Part shown: in pieces, positions 36,601-47,500 of the stretch | Layout: each line of letters opens with the position of its first letter | How positions within the stretch are numbered: position 1 is the first letter of the stretch | Source of the DNA: Myxococcota bacterium | GTDB taxonomy: Bacteria; Myxococcota_A; UBA796; UBA2385 | Reading direction: 5' to 3' | Length of the DNA: 64,000 bases | Assembly (NCBI GenBank): GCA_044344255.1 | Contig: JBIJDH010000005.1 | Coordinates: forward strand, 64,001-128,000 | Notes under the pieces: generated by a model | Database searches by the model: none | What the model was told of the DNA's origin: nothing | Seen by the model: only the letters and a program-made list of their open reading frames with translations | Position numbers and translations under genes: made by a program

Positions 36601-39600
36601 GGCCGTGTCGGGGGCGGGAGACCTCAACCAGGACGGCTACGCCGACGTCATCGTCGGGGCCCCCGGGGTGAGCGCGAGCGCGGGGGAGGTCACCGTCTAC
36701 CACGGCACCGCCTCCGGCCTCGACAGCACGGCGGCCACCACCCTCTCGGGCAGCGCCGCCTCGGACGCCCTCGGCACGAGCGTCGGTGGCGGCGGTGACC
36801 TGAACGGGGACACCTATGATGACGTGATCCTGGGCGCCCCCGGTGTCTCATCGTCCTCCGGGGCGGCCTACGTCCACCTCGGCTATGCCGAAGACTCCGA
36901 CAGTGACGGTTACCGGGTCGACGTGGACTGTGACGACCACGACGCGGCGATCCACCCCGGCGCCACCGAGGTCTGCGACGCCCTCGACACCGACGAGGAC
37001 TGCTCGGGCGCCGCCGACGACCTCGACAGCGGCACCTCCGTTGCCACCAAGACGGTGTGGTACTTCGACGGAGACGGTGACACCTACGGCGGGACCGTCT
37101 CGCTCACCCTCTGCAACCAGCCGCCGAGCTACCTCACCACCACCGGGGACTGTGACGACACGGTCGCGGCGGTCAACCCCGCCGCCGCCGAGGTCTGCGA
37201 CAGCGCCAACACCGACGAGGACTGCGACGGGCTCGCCGACAACGCGGACAGCTCCGCCGACAGCGCCGGCATGACGGCCTATTACACCGACGCCGACGGC
37301 GATGGGTACGGGAGCGCCACGGCCAGCCTCTATTGTGACCTCCCCGCCGGCCACGCCGCGGTGGGCACCGACTGTGACGACACCACGGCGGCCCGCAGCC
37401 CCGGCAACATCGAGGTCTGTGACGCCATGAACCTCGATGAGGACTGTGATCTCGTCGCGGACGACGCGGATAGCAGCGTGAGCGCCGCCACGCGGAGCAC
37501 CTGGTACCAGGACAGCGACGGGGACAGCTACGGCACCAGCGTCACCACCTCTACCTGCGATCTCCCTTCGGGCTACGCCGCCGCCACCGGCGACTGCGAC
37601 GACGGCGCGCCGGCCGTCCACCCGGGGGCCACCGAGGTTTGTGACGCCGCCGACACCGACGAAGACTGTGATGGGTCGGCCGACAACAGCGACAGCTCGG
37701 CCCTCTCTTCGACGAAGACCACCTGGTATCGGGACGTGGATGCCGATGGGTATGGCGACAGCGCCTCCACCACCACCACGTGCGACCGGCCGACCGGCTA
37801 CGCCGCGGTGGGCGCCGACTGTGATGACACGACGAGCGCGCGCAGCCCGGGTAACCCCGAGGTCTGTGACGCTGGGAACGTGGATGAGGACTGCGATGCC
37901 CTCGCCGACGACGCAGACAGCAGCGCCTCCACCGCCACCAAGTCTACCTATCACCTCGACAGTGACGGGGACGGCTACGGCGGGACGACCAGCGGGCTTT
38001 ATTGTGACCTTCCCATCGGCTATTCGGTCGTCGCGACAGACTGTGACGACAGCACTGCGGTGCGGAGCCCCGGCAACGCCGAGGTGTGTGACGCCGGCAA
38101 CGTCGATGAAGACTGCGACCTCGCGGCCGACGACGCCGACGCCAGCGCCAGCGTGGCGACGATGACCACCTTCTACGTCGACGGCGATGGGGACAGCTAC
38201 GGCACGTCGGTGACCGGTGTCTATTGTGATCGTCCGAGCGGCTACGCGGCCCTGTCTGGGGATTGCGCCGACACCGTCGCCGCCATCAACCCCGCCGCCA
38301 CCGAGGTCTGTGACGCCGCCGACACCGACGAGGACTGCGACGGGACCGCCGACAACGCCGACAGCTCGGCCTCCCTCGGCACCCGCACCACCTACACCGT
38401 GGACAGCGACGGCGACGGCTACGGCGGCAGCACCACCGCGGCCTGGTGTGACCTCCCGTCCGGCTACTCGGTCACGGGCGGGGACTGTGACGACGGCGCG
38501 GTCGCGGTCAACCCGGGCGCCACCGAGGTCTGTGACGCCGCCGACACCGATGAGGACTGCGACGGCGCGGCCGACAACGCCGACAGCTCGGCCAGCGGGG
38601 CGACGAAGTCGAGCTTCTACCTGGATGGTGACGGTGATGGGTATGGCGCGGGCGCGGCGGTGGCCTGGTGTGATCTCCCGGCTGGCTACGCTTCGCTGAG
38701 CGGGGACTGCGCGGACAGCGCCGCCGCGGTCCACCCCGGCGCCCAGGAGGTCTGCGACGCGACCGATACGGACGAGGACTGCGACGGCACCGCGGACAAC
38801 GCCGACAGCTCGGCCTCGGCCGCCACGAAGACCACCTACTACGCGGACGCGGACGGCGACGGCTACGGCAGCACGAGCGCGCTCGCCTTCTGTGACCTCC
38901 CCTCCGGCTACGCCGCGGTCAGCGGGGACTGCGCAGACAGCGCCGCCGCCATCAACCCGGCCGCCACTGAGGTCTGCGACGCCGGCGAGACCGACGAGGA
39001 CTGCGACGGCGTCGCCGACAACGCCGACAGCAGCGCCAGCGAGGCCACCAAGACGACCTACTACGTCGATTCGGACGGTGACACCTACGGCACAGCGGTC
39101 ACCGGGCGCGCCTGCGACCTCCCCTCTGGCTACGCCGCGGTGAGCGGAGACTGTGACGACACGACCTCCACGGTCAGCCCGGGGGTGGTCGAGCAGTGTG
39201 ACGTCGCCAATGTGGATGAAGACTGCGACGGGCTCGCGGACAACGCCGACACCTCGGCCAGCCTCGCCTCCAAGTCCAGCTACTACCGCGACGGCGACGG
39301 CGACAGCTTCGGCGGCAGCGCCCTCGCGCTCTTCTGTGACCTGCCCGTCGGCTATGCCGCCACCAGCACCGACTGTGAGGACGCAGACGCCGCCGTCTTC
39401 CCGGGGGCCGTCGAGGCCGCCGGCGACAGCGTGGACCAGGACTGCGACGGCCTCGAGCTCTGCTATGTGGACGCCGACGAAGACGGCTACCGGGTGGAGG
39501 ACACCGAGCTGTCCGTCGCCCTCGACTGCGCGGTGGCCGGCCTCGCCCTCGAGGCCCTCCCGGGCGGGGACTGCGACGACACCGACACCGCCTACAACCC

Positions 39601-41437
39601 CGGTGCGGTCGAGGCTGACTGCGCCGATCCCAGTGACTACAACTGTGATGGGTCGGTCGGCTACGCCGACGTGGACGGAGACGGTTGGGCCGCTTGTTCG
39701 GAGTGTGACGACACCGACGCCGCCGTGAACCCCGACGCCACAGAGCGCTGCGACGAGGCCGGGGTGGATGAGGACTGTGACACCCTCATCGACGACGCCG
39801 ACCCTTCGGTCGACACGACGACCTTCGGTACCTTCTACGCCGATGGGGACGGGGACGGCTTCTCCGGGCCGACCGCGGCCCTCTCCTGCGACGCGCCGGC
39901 CGGCTACGCGGCCGAGGTCACGGACTGCGACGACGCCGACCCTGCGGTGAACCCGGGCATGGTGGAGGTCTGCGATGGGGCCGAGCTCGACGAGGACTGC
40001 AGCGGCCTCGCCGATGACGCCGATCCCGCCGTCGACATCGCCACCTACTCAACCTTCTACGCCGACGCCGACGCCGACGGCTACGGCGGCCTCACCTCGG
40101 TCTACGCCTGCGACGCGCTCACCGGCTACGTGACCGGCTCGACCGACTGTGACGATCTCCGCGCCGACGTGAACCTGGGCGCCCTCGAGCGCTGCGACGC
40201 GGACGACACGGATGAGGACTGCGACGGGCTCGCCGACGACCTCGACGGCTCCGTCTCCGCCGCCACCTTCGGCACCTTCTACGCCGACGGCGACGCCGAT
40301 GGTTACGGCGACCCCTCAGTCCCCCTGCTCGCCTGCGACCCCAGCGAGGCCGCGGTGGACGACGACACCGACTGCGATGACCTCGATCCCGACGTCAACC
40401 CCGGCGCGGAGGACCTCGTCGGCGACGGCCTCGACACCGACTGCGACGGGGTGGAGAGCTGCTACGCCGACGTGGACGGGGACGGCTGGCGCACCGACGA
40501 GGCGGTCGACTCGCTCGACCTCGACTGCGGCGACGTGGGTGAGGCCCTCGAGGTGGCGCCGGGCGGCGACTGTCAGGACGACGACGCCGACTTCCATCCC
40601 GGCGCCCTCGAGGAGGACTGCCTCGATCCCGCCGACTACAACTGCGACGGATCGGTGGGCTACGCCGACCTGGACGGCGACGGCTTCGCGGCCTGCGAGG
40701 AGTGTGACGACGGCCTCTTCGACGTCAACCCGGACGCGGCGGAGGTCTGCGATGGGCTTGACAACAACTGTGATCTCTCCACCGACGGCGCCGACGCCGC
40801 GGGCGCGGTCGACTGGTACGCAGACCTCGATGAGGACGGCTTCTCGAGCGAGCTCGACGTCGTGACGGCCTGCGAGGCCCCCGAGGGCTACGGGCCCTCC
40901 TCTGACCTCGACGACTGCGACGATGAGGACGCGCTCGTCAACCCGGACGCGACCGAGGGAGTGGATGACGAGCTCGACCAGGACTGCGACGGCGAGGAGC
41001 TCTGCTATTTGGACCAGGACGGAGACGGCTACCGGCCCGACGCGGTTAGCACGGTCACCAGCGTGGACCTCCTCTGTGACGAGCCCGGCGAGGCCCAGGC
41101 CGAGGAGCCCACCGGCGACTGCGACGACGAAGACGCGAGCGCCTACCCGGGGGCCCCCGAGGTGGCGGGTGACGCCGTCGATCAGGACTGCGACGGCGAG
41201 GACCTCCCCGCGGACAGCGGTCAGAACGGCGAGGACTCCGGCGGCTCGGACGGCAGCGACGGCCTCAGCGATGGGGACGGTGGCGGCGACGGGGGCGACA
41301 ACGGGGAGGAGCCTGGGAAGGGCTGCGGCTGCGCCTCGGCACCTGCGGGCCGGTCGGCCGGAATGCTCCTCAGCCTCGCGCTGGGCGTCGCGCTCCTCCT
41401 TCGGCGGCGTCCGGCCCGGGGGGTCAAGGCGGCCTGA
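33611..41437 (+). CDS. Giant surface protein 1 (about 2608 aa): N-domain, 14 FG-GAP/integrin-alpha repeats, 21 Cys/Asp repeats, MYXO-CTERM
   Basis: GAGG precedes ATG 33611. Hand counts give 14 GDxNxDGYxD-type motifs and 21 (D/E)CxD..P..E units. The tail is GKGCGCAS-TM-RRR. Confidence 0.9.
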   Translation: MRRFDRPSPVWSVGARRLSPVFLALWTGACAGPEAIEGEVGAELAVEPGADPAVEPSEAATALGGADWWAEVSARIDAGSRAFLPDAEGRFRSSRPGATATLDAEGLHAATGAGGGLRLALSGLGRGATTGAALSAASPGEGPALGACAEAVDPSGACVRRVEVARKPGGVGLTEWWLATREGFEQGFVVDASPSGSGPLRLAVGVEGATAELDGEAVALVEAGGPTWRYEGLRAWDADGRALPASFELAEGQIHIVVDDRGARWPVEIDPVLSSGTTLSGATVSGLGASVAGAGDVNNDGYDDVIVGAPEDNSGIGRAYIYLGGATGPARVASSTLSGSSAGMAFGTAVDGAGDVNADGYDDVVVGAPLASTSKGQVFTFHGGSSGLSTTAARTLTGSAATEKCGSAVSSAGDYNNDGYGDIVYGCPGYSTGAGRAYMFKGSASGIGASSDFSVTGSTSYSTGRTVSGGGDLTGDAYDDVLVGAYGYATSKGRVYLYPGSAAGLAGATRLTLSGTVNNEKFGYSLAHLGDTNGDTYGDFAVGSPGGGSGAGKVYIFHGAVGGTTATAPSGANVTVTGSSATDAIGDSVVGVGDVNGDTYSDLVYTSITAASGAGFGKLHLGSSTGISSTAALSVAGAAASDQEGFAAAGLGDTNNDGYADLAISRYLSSAPGSARVQVFLGAATGPSSTPSLSWSGAADSTGTSVALIGDADNDGFDEVAVGAPAYGDSTGRVFIFEGSGAGLSTTASVTLAGLTVGESFGAAVCRAGDMNKDGYDDISVGSPTASSSAGKAYVFTGASTGLSASRYQTLSGDTGSTFGAALSGGGDVNGDGFDDLVVGGPTYNSSAGRAWVYHGVSTGVSATAARTLDGATAGDLYGTAVATGGDPNKDGYDDVLVGAYRYGATTRGRVYAYQGSGSGIGASASQTLDGSTFSQGFGKSLALVGDVNGDTYDDVLIGSPTLSTRTGRVTLYLGGLISLSASTSLNGTAINTSFGSAVSGAGDLNQDGYADVIVGAPGVSASAGEVTVYHGTASGLDSTAATTLSGSAASDALGTSVGGGGDLNGDTYDDVILGAPGVSSSSGAAYVHLGYAEDSDSDGYRVDVDCDDHDAAIHPGATEVCDALDTDEDCSGAADDLDSGTSVATKTVWYFDGDGDTYGGTVSLTLCNQPPSYLTTTGDCDDTVAAVNPAAAEVCDSANTDEDCDGLADNADSSADSAGMTAYYTDADGDGYGSATASLYCDLPAGHAAVGTDCDDTTAARSPGNIEVCDAMNLDEDCDLVADDADSSVSAATRSTWYQDSDGDSYGTSVTTSTCDLPSGYAAATGDCDDGAPAVHPGATEVCDAADTDEDCDGSADNSDSSALSSTKTTWYRDVDADGYGDSASTTTTCDRPTGYAAVGADCDDTTSARSPGNPEVCDAGNVDEDCDALADDADSSASTATKSTYHLDSDGDGYGGTTSGLYCDLPIGYSVVATDCDDSTAVRSPGNAEVCDAGNVDEDCDLAADDADASASVATMTTFYVDGDGDSYGTSVTGVYCDRPSGYAALSGDCADTVAAINPAATEVCDAADTDEDCDGTADNADSSASLGTRTTYTVDSDGDGYGGSTTAAWCDLPSGYSVTGGDCDDGAVAVNPGATEVCDAADTDEDCDGAADNADSSASGATKSSFYLDGDGDGYGAGAAVAWCDLPAGYASLSGDCADSAAAVHPGAQEVCDATDTDEDCDGTADNADSSASAATKTTYYADADGDGYGSTSALAFCDLPSGYAAVSGDCADSAAAINPAATEVCDAGETDEDCDGVADNADSSASEATKTTYYVDSDGDTYGTAVTGRACDLPSGYAAVSGDCDDTTSTVSPGVVEQCDVANVDEDCDGLADNADTSASLASKSSYYRDGDGDSFGGSALALFCDLPVGYAATSTDCEDADAAVFPGAVEAAGDSVDQDCDGLELCYVDADEDGYRVEDTELSVALDCAVAGLALEALPGGDCDDTDTAYNPGAVEADCADPSDYNCDGSVGYADVDGDGWAACSECDDTDAAVNPDATERCDEAGVDEDCDTLIDDADPSVDTTTFGTFYADGDGDGFSGPTAALSCDAPAGYAAEVTDCDDADPAVNPGMVEVCDGAELDEDCSGLADDADPAVDIATYSTFYADADADGYGGLTSVYACDALTGYVTGSTDCDDLRADVNLGALERCDADDTDEDCDGLADDLDGSVSAATFGTFYADGDADGYGDPSVPLLACDPSEAAVDDDTDCDDLDPDVNPGAEDLVGDGLDTDCDGVESCYADVDGDGWRTDEAVDSLDLDCGDVGEALEVAPGGDCQDDDADFHPGALEEDCLDPADYNCDGSVGYADLDGDGFAACEECDDGLFDVNPDAAEVCDGLDNNCDLSTDGADAAGAVDWYADLDEDGFSSELDVVTACEAPEGYGPSSDLDDCDDEDALVNPDATEGVDDELDQDCDGEELCYLDQDGDGYRPDAVSTVTSVDLLCDEPGEAQAEEPTGDCDDEDASAYPGAPEVAGDAVDQDCDGEDLPADSGQNGEDSGGSDGSDGLSDGDGGGDGGDNGEEPGKGCGCASAPAGRSAGMLLSLALGVALLLRRRPARGVKAA

Positions 41438-41560
41438 GGGCGGAGCAGATGGCGCGTGGAACGCCGCTCGGTGACCGTCGGGTGACGGGACTGTGCGCAC
41501 GGGCCCTGCCTTGCCGGGCTGCGGTTCCACGGGTAGGCTGGGCGCTCCCCGGGAGCCCCC

Positions 41561-44500
41561 ATGCGCCTCAGCCCTATCCGCCGGCCCTCTGGCGTTCACC
41601 TCGTCGCCTCCGGGCTCTTGTCCGGGCTCTTCGGTGCCCTGGCCGGGTGCGGGGGCCCCGCTGAGCGGGAAGTAGAGGGGAGCCGCTCGGCGGGAGACAC
41701 GGACGGCGCCGCTGCGATCGCCGTGGACACCGCCGCGGCTGGGTCGGCGCGCGACGGCGGCTGGGGTGCGACTGTCTCTCGTCGACTGGAGGCAGGGCGG
41801 CGGGCCTTCCGAGCGGAGGGGGCCGGATTCCGGGCGACCCACGGCCAGGCGGGTCTGGAGATCCACCTGGACGACCAGGGGGCCGTACTCGACGGCCCCG
41901 AGGGCACCCTCACGATGCGCTTCCTCGCCTGGGGGCGCGGCGGGGCCTTGGTGGAGGCGGAGCCCGCTCGGGCCGAGCTCGGCGACTGTACCGAGGAGAT
42001 CGACGTCACCGGGGACTGCCTGCGTCGGGTGGAACTCTCTCGCGGACCGGTGATCGAGTGGTGGGCCAGCCGCGAAGAGGGTCTCCAGCAGGCCTGGGAG
42101 CTGTCGGAGCGCCCCGCCGGCGAGGGCGAGCTGCGTCTCGTCGTGGGCGTGACGGGCGCGATCCCGTCGCTCGATGACGGGGAGGTCGTCTGGGTGGGCC
42201 ACGATGGCGGCCTGTGGCGAACCGCCTCGCTGGAGGCCTGGGACGCGACCGGGCGCCCCCTCGACGCCCGCTTCGAGCTGGGGGCGGGCTCTGTGGAGGG
42301 TGCGGAGCTGCACGTCGTCGTCGACGACGCGCAGGCCACCTGGCCCATCTTCATTGACCCCATCACGAGCACCGCCGCCTCCACCTGGACCGGCGGCACC
42401 GCGGGTGACCTCTTCGGCGTGGTGGGCGGTGGTGGGGACATCAACGGCGACGGGTATGACGACTTCGTCGTCGGCGCGCCCGGCTACAGCTCGAACACGG
42501 GCGTCGCTTATGTGTTCTACGGCTCCGCCGCCGGCCCGGCCGCGACCGCCGACGTCACCCTCTCATCGCCCTCCACGGGGGCCTACTTCGGCGCCGCCGT
42601 AGACATTGCCGGGGACGTCAACGACGACGGCTACGACGACGTCATCGTGGGCGCGCCCTATGAGTCCACCGCCGCGGCGCTCGCAGGGCGGGCCTATGTG
42701 TACCACGGCACTTCGGCCGGGCTCTCGACCACGGTCGGCTCCACCTTGACCGGCTCGGCCACCGCCGCTGGCTACTTCGGCAACGCCGTCTCTTCGTCGG
42801 GGGACGTCAACGGGGACGGATTCGCCGACGTCATCGTCGGTGAGTACGGCTACTCGAGCTCGAAGGGGCGCGCCTGGGTCTACGCGGGGAGCAGCGCTGG
42901 CGCCTCGTCAACGACCTCCCAGGTCTTCCTCGGCACGTCCTCGGGCGACCGCTTCGGGTGGGCGGTCTCCGGAGGCGGCGACACCACCGTGGACGGCTTC
43001 GATGACATCGCGGTGGGTGCGCCGCTGACGGGGACTGGCGACGCTGGATCGGCCCGGGTCTACAAAGGGGCGAGCAACTTCTTCACCACGGCCCCCTCTG
43101 TCGCCCATTCCTACACCTCATTCACCAACGGATACAACGTCGGCACCGCCGTCAACATCCAAGGTGACTACAACAACGACGGGTACTCCGACCTCGTGCT
43201 CGGCGCGCCCTATGGCCCCGGCTCGGGCTTTGGGCGGGTGTACTTCTACCGCTCCAACACCACCGCCCCCCCCGCCGTCGGCCTCCCGACGGGCAACAGC
43301 GCCACTTTTGACGGGCCGAGCGCCGCCTCGGCCTTCGGGAGCCGCATCGACTGGGTGGGGGACTCCAACGGAGACGGGCGGCAAGACCTCGTCGTGGGCG
43401 GGCCCTATGCGGTCTCCAACGCGGGCTACGCGGGCCTCTACGAGGGGGTCGCCTCGGGCCTCGCGGGGTCGGCGAAGTCCACCTTCTTCTCGGGTTCCGG
43501 CTCGGACCTGCTCGGGCTGTCGGTGGCGGGCGCCGGCGACGTGAACAATGATGGCTATGATGATGTGCTGCTCGGCGCCCCCGGCGCCAGCGGGACCAAG
43601 GGCGAGGTCCGGCTCCACTACGGCGGCGTGGACGCAGACGGGGACACCTACCTGTCGAACGGCAGCAGCTACCAGGTGGACTGCGACGACTCCAACAGCG
43701 CGGTGAACCCGGCCGCCACGGAGCTCTGTGACGAGTTGAACGTCGATGAGGACTGTGACGGGCAGGCCGACGACCTCGACAGCGCCGCCACCGGAGAGAG
43801 CGCCTGGTACGCCGACGACGACGAGGACGGCTACGGAGACGCCGCAGACAGCATCACCGCCTGCGACGCCCCGGCCGGGTATGTCGCCACGAGCGGGGAC
43901 TGCGATGACACCACCGCCGCGCGCAGCCCTGGCAACATGGAGATCTGCGACGGCGCGGACCTCGACGAGGACTGCGACGGCCTCGCTGATGACGCGGACC
44001 CCTCGGCGGACGGCGCTGGCAAGTCCGACGCCTACGTGGACGGTGACGCCGACAGCTACGGCAGCGGAGCCGCGGTGGCGTACTGTGATCTCCCCTCCGG
44101 CTACGCGGCCCAGGACGGGGACTGTGACGACGCCTCGGCCGACGTGAACCCGGGCGCCACCGAGGTCTGTGACGCCGCTGACCTCGACGAGGACTGCGAC
44201 GGCCTCTCCGATGACGCAGACAGCTCGGCCCTCACGGCCTCGAAGAGCAGCTTCCACCCCGACGCCGACGGGGACAGCTACGGCACCACCGCCTCAGCCT
44301 TGTTCTGTGACCTCCCCTCCGGCTACGCCACGAGCACGACGGACTGCGACGACGGCGACGCCGCCATCCACCCGGGCGCCACGGAGCTCTGTGACGCGGC
44401 CGACACCGACGAAGACTGCGACGGCTTGGCCGACAACGCCGACAGCAGCGCCAGTGTGGCCACGAAGTCGAGCTACTACCTCGACGCGGACGGAGACGCG

Positions 44501-47500
44501 TTCGGGGCCGGCAGCGCGGTGAAGTACTGCGATCTCCCCTCCGGCTACTCGCTGGTCGACACCGACTGCGATGACGGCGCAGCGAGCGTGAACCCGGGTG
44601 CGACCGAGCTCTGCGACGCGGCGAACACCGACGAAGACTGCGACGGCCAGGCCGACAACGCCGACAGCAGCGCCAGCGTGGCCACGAAGTCGAGCTACTA
44701 CAGCGACGGCGACAGCGACGGCTACGGGGCCGGCAGCGCGGTGAAGTTCTGCGACCTGCCCACAGGCTACGCCGCCACGAGCACAGACTGCGACGACGGG
44801 GTGGCCGCGGTGAACCCCGGTGCCACCGAGCTCTGCGATGGCGCGGACACCGACGAGGACTGCGATGGGTTGGCCGACAACGCCGACAGCTCGGCCAGCA
44901 CGGCGACCAAGTCGAGCTACTACCTCGACGGGGACGGCGACAGCTACGGCGGCCCGACCACCGCGAAGTTCTGCGACCTGCCCGCGGGCTACACCGTCAC
45001 TTCGACCGACTGCGACGACGCGGTCGCGGCGATCCACCCCGGTGCCACCGAGGTCTGCGATGTGTCCGACACCGACGAGGACTGTGATGGCCTCGCGGAT
45101 GACGATGACAGCTCCGCCTCGGCCGGCACCAAGGGCGACTTCTACGCCGATGGTGACGGCGACGGCTACGGCGCGGGCTCCGCGACCGCCTACTGTGACG
45201 CCCCCACCAGCTATGTCTCGCTCGGCGAGGACTGTGATGACGGCGCGACCGGCGTGAACCCCGGCGCCACCGAGCTCTGCGACGCCACGAACACCGACGA
45301 AGACTGCGATGGGCTCGCCGACAACGCCGACAGCTCGGCCAGCGCCGCCACGAAGGGCAGCTACTACCTGGACGGCGACACCGACGGATACGGCACCGGC
45401 AGCGCGGTGAAGTTCTGCGACCTCCCCACGGGCTACGCGGTCGCGGACACGGACTGCGATGACGCGGTCACCGCCGTGAACCCGGGGGCCACCGAGGTCT
45501 GTGACGCGGCGAACACCGATGAGGACTGTGACGGCCTCGCCGACAACGCCGACACCTCGGCCTCCGTGGCGACGAAGAGCAGCTACTACCGAGACAGTGA
45601 CACGGACGGCTACGGCAGCACCACGACCGCCAAGTTCTGTGATCTGCCGAGCGGCTACTCCACCTCCTCCACGGACTGCGACGACACCTCCACCGCCGTG
45701 AACCCCGGGGCCACCGAGGTCTGCGACGCCGCAGACACCGACGAGGACTGCGACGGGACCGCGGACGATGATGACAGCTCTGTCTCCGCGGCGACCCAGT
45801 CCACGGGCTACCTCGACGGCGACAGCGACGGCTACGGCGGCGCGACGACGGCCCTGTTCTGCGATCTGCCGAGCGGCTACCTCTCGAGCGGCACCGACTG
45901 TGACGACGCCGCCGCCGCCGTGAACCCCGGGGCCACCGAGGTCTGTGACGCCGGTGACACCGATGAGGACTGCGACGGCCTCGCCGATGACGCCGACAGC
46001 TCGGCCTCCGCGGCGACCAAGACCCGCTACTACACCGACAGCGACGGGGACAGCTACGGCACCAGCAGCTCAGCCGACTTCTGTGACCTGCCCTCCGGCT
46101 ACGCCGTCGCCTCCGGGGACTGCGACGACGGCCGCGCCGCCGTCAACCCCGGGGCCACCGAGGTCTGTGACCCGGTGAACCGCGATGAGGACTGCGACGG
46201 CACCGCCGACAACGCCGACAGCTCTGCTTCGGCGATCACCAAGAGCAGCTACTACCAGGACGGCGACGGCGACGGGTATGGCTCGGCCACCACCGGGGCC
46301 TTCTGTGACCTCCCCTCCGGCTACACCGCCGTCGGCGCGGACTGCGACGACGGGGACGCGCTGATCAACCCGGCGGCCGCCGAGGTCTGCGACCCGGCCA
46401 ACGTCGACGAGGACTGTGATGGGCTGGCCGACGACGCCGACTCGAGCACGCTCGCCTCGGGCAAGGTGACCTCCTACCGGGACGTCGATGGAGACAGCTA
46501 CGGCAGCGCCACCACCGCGCTGAGCTGCGACCTCGCCACCGGCTACGTCAGCGTCGGCGGGGACTGTGACGACGGCGCCCCGGCCACCCACCCCGGAGCG
46601 ACGGAGGTCTGTGACGCCTCCGACGCCGATGAGGACTGTGACGGCCTGTCCGACGACAGCGACGGCTCGGTGTCGGCCGCGACCAAGACGACCTACTACC
46701 GCGACACCGACGGCGACGGCTACGCCGGCGCGACGACCGGCGCCTTCTGCTCGGCCCCGAGCGGCTACTACGCGAGCGCCACGGACTGCAAGGACTCCGA
46801 CGACAGCGTCCACCCCGGTGCCACCGAGCTCGTGGCGGACGGTGTGGACCAGACCTGTGACGGACAGGAGCTCTGCTACGTGGACGCCGACGGGGACGGC
46901 TACCGGGTCGAGGACACCATCCTCAGCGCCAGCGTGACCTGCGGCGCGACCGGCCTCGCCCTGGCCAGCGAGCCGGGGGATGACTGCGACGACACCGACG
47001 CCGCCTACAACCCCGGCGCGGTCGAGGCGGACTGCACCGACCCCGCCGACTACAACTGCGACGGCTCGACCGGCTACGCCGACGAGGACAGCGACGGCTA
47101 CGCCGCCTGCGAGGAGTGCGACGACCAGGACGCCGCGATCAACCCGGCCGCCCAGGAGCGCTGTGACGCGCTCGACGTCGATGAGGACTGCGACGGGCTG
47201 ATCGACGACGACGACAGCTCGGTGGACGCCAGCACCAAGACCAGCTTCTACGCTGATGGTGACGGCGACGGCTACGCGGGCTCGACCACGGCCGACTTCT
47301 GTGACCTGCCGACCGGCTTTGGCACCGCCGCCACGGACTGCGATGACGGGGCGGTGGGCGTCAACCCGGGGGCCGCTGAGCTCTGCGATGGCGCTGACGT
47401 GGACGAAGACTGCGATGGGCTCGCCGATGACGCCGATCTGAGCGTCGACCCCGCCTCCTGGTCGGTCAGCTACCAGGACGGTGACGGCGACGGCTACGGG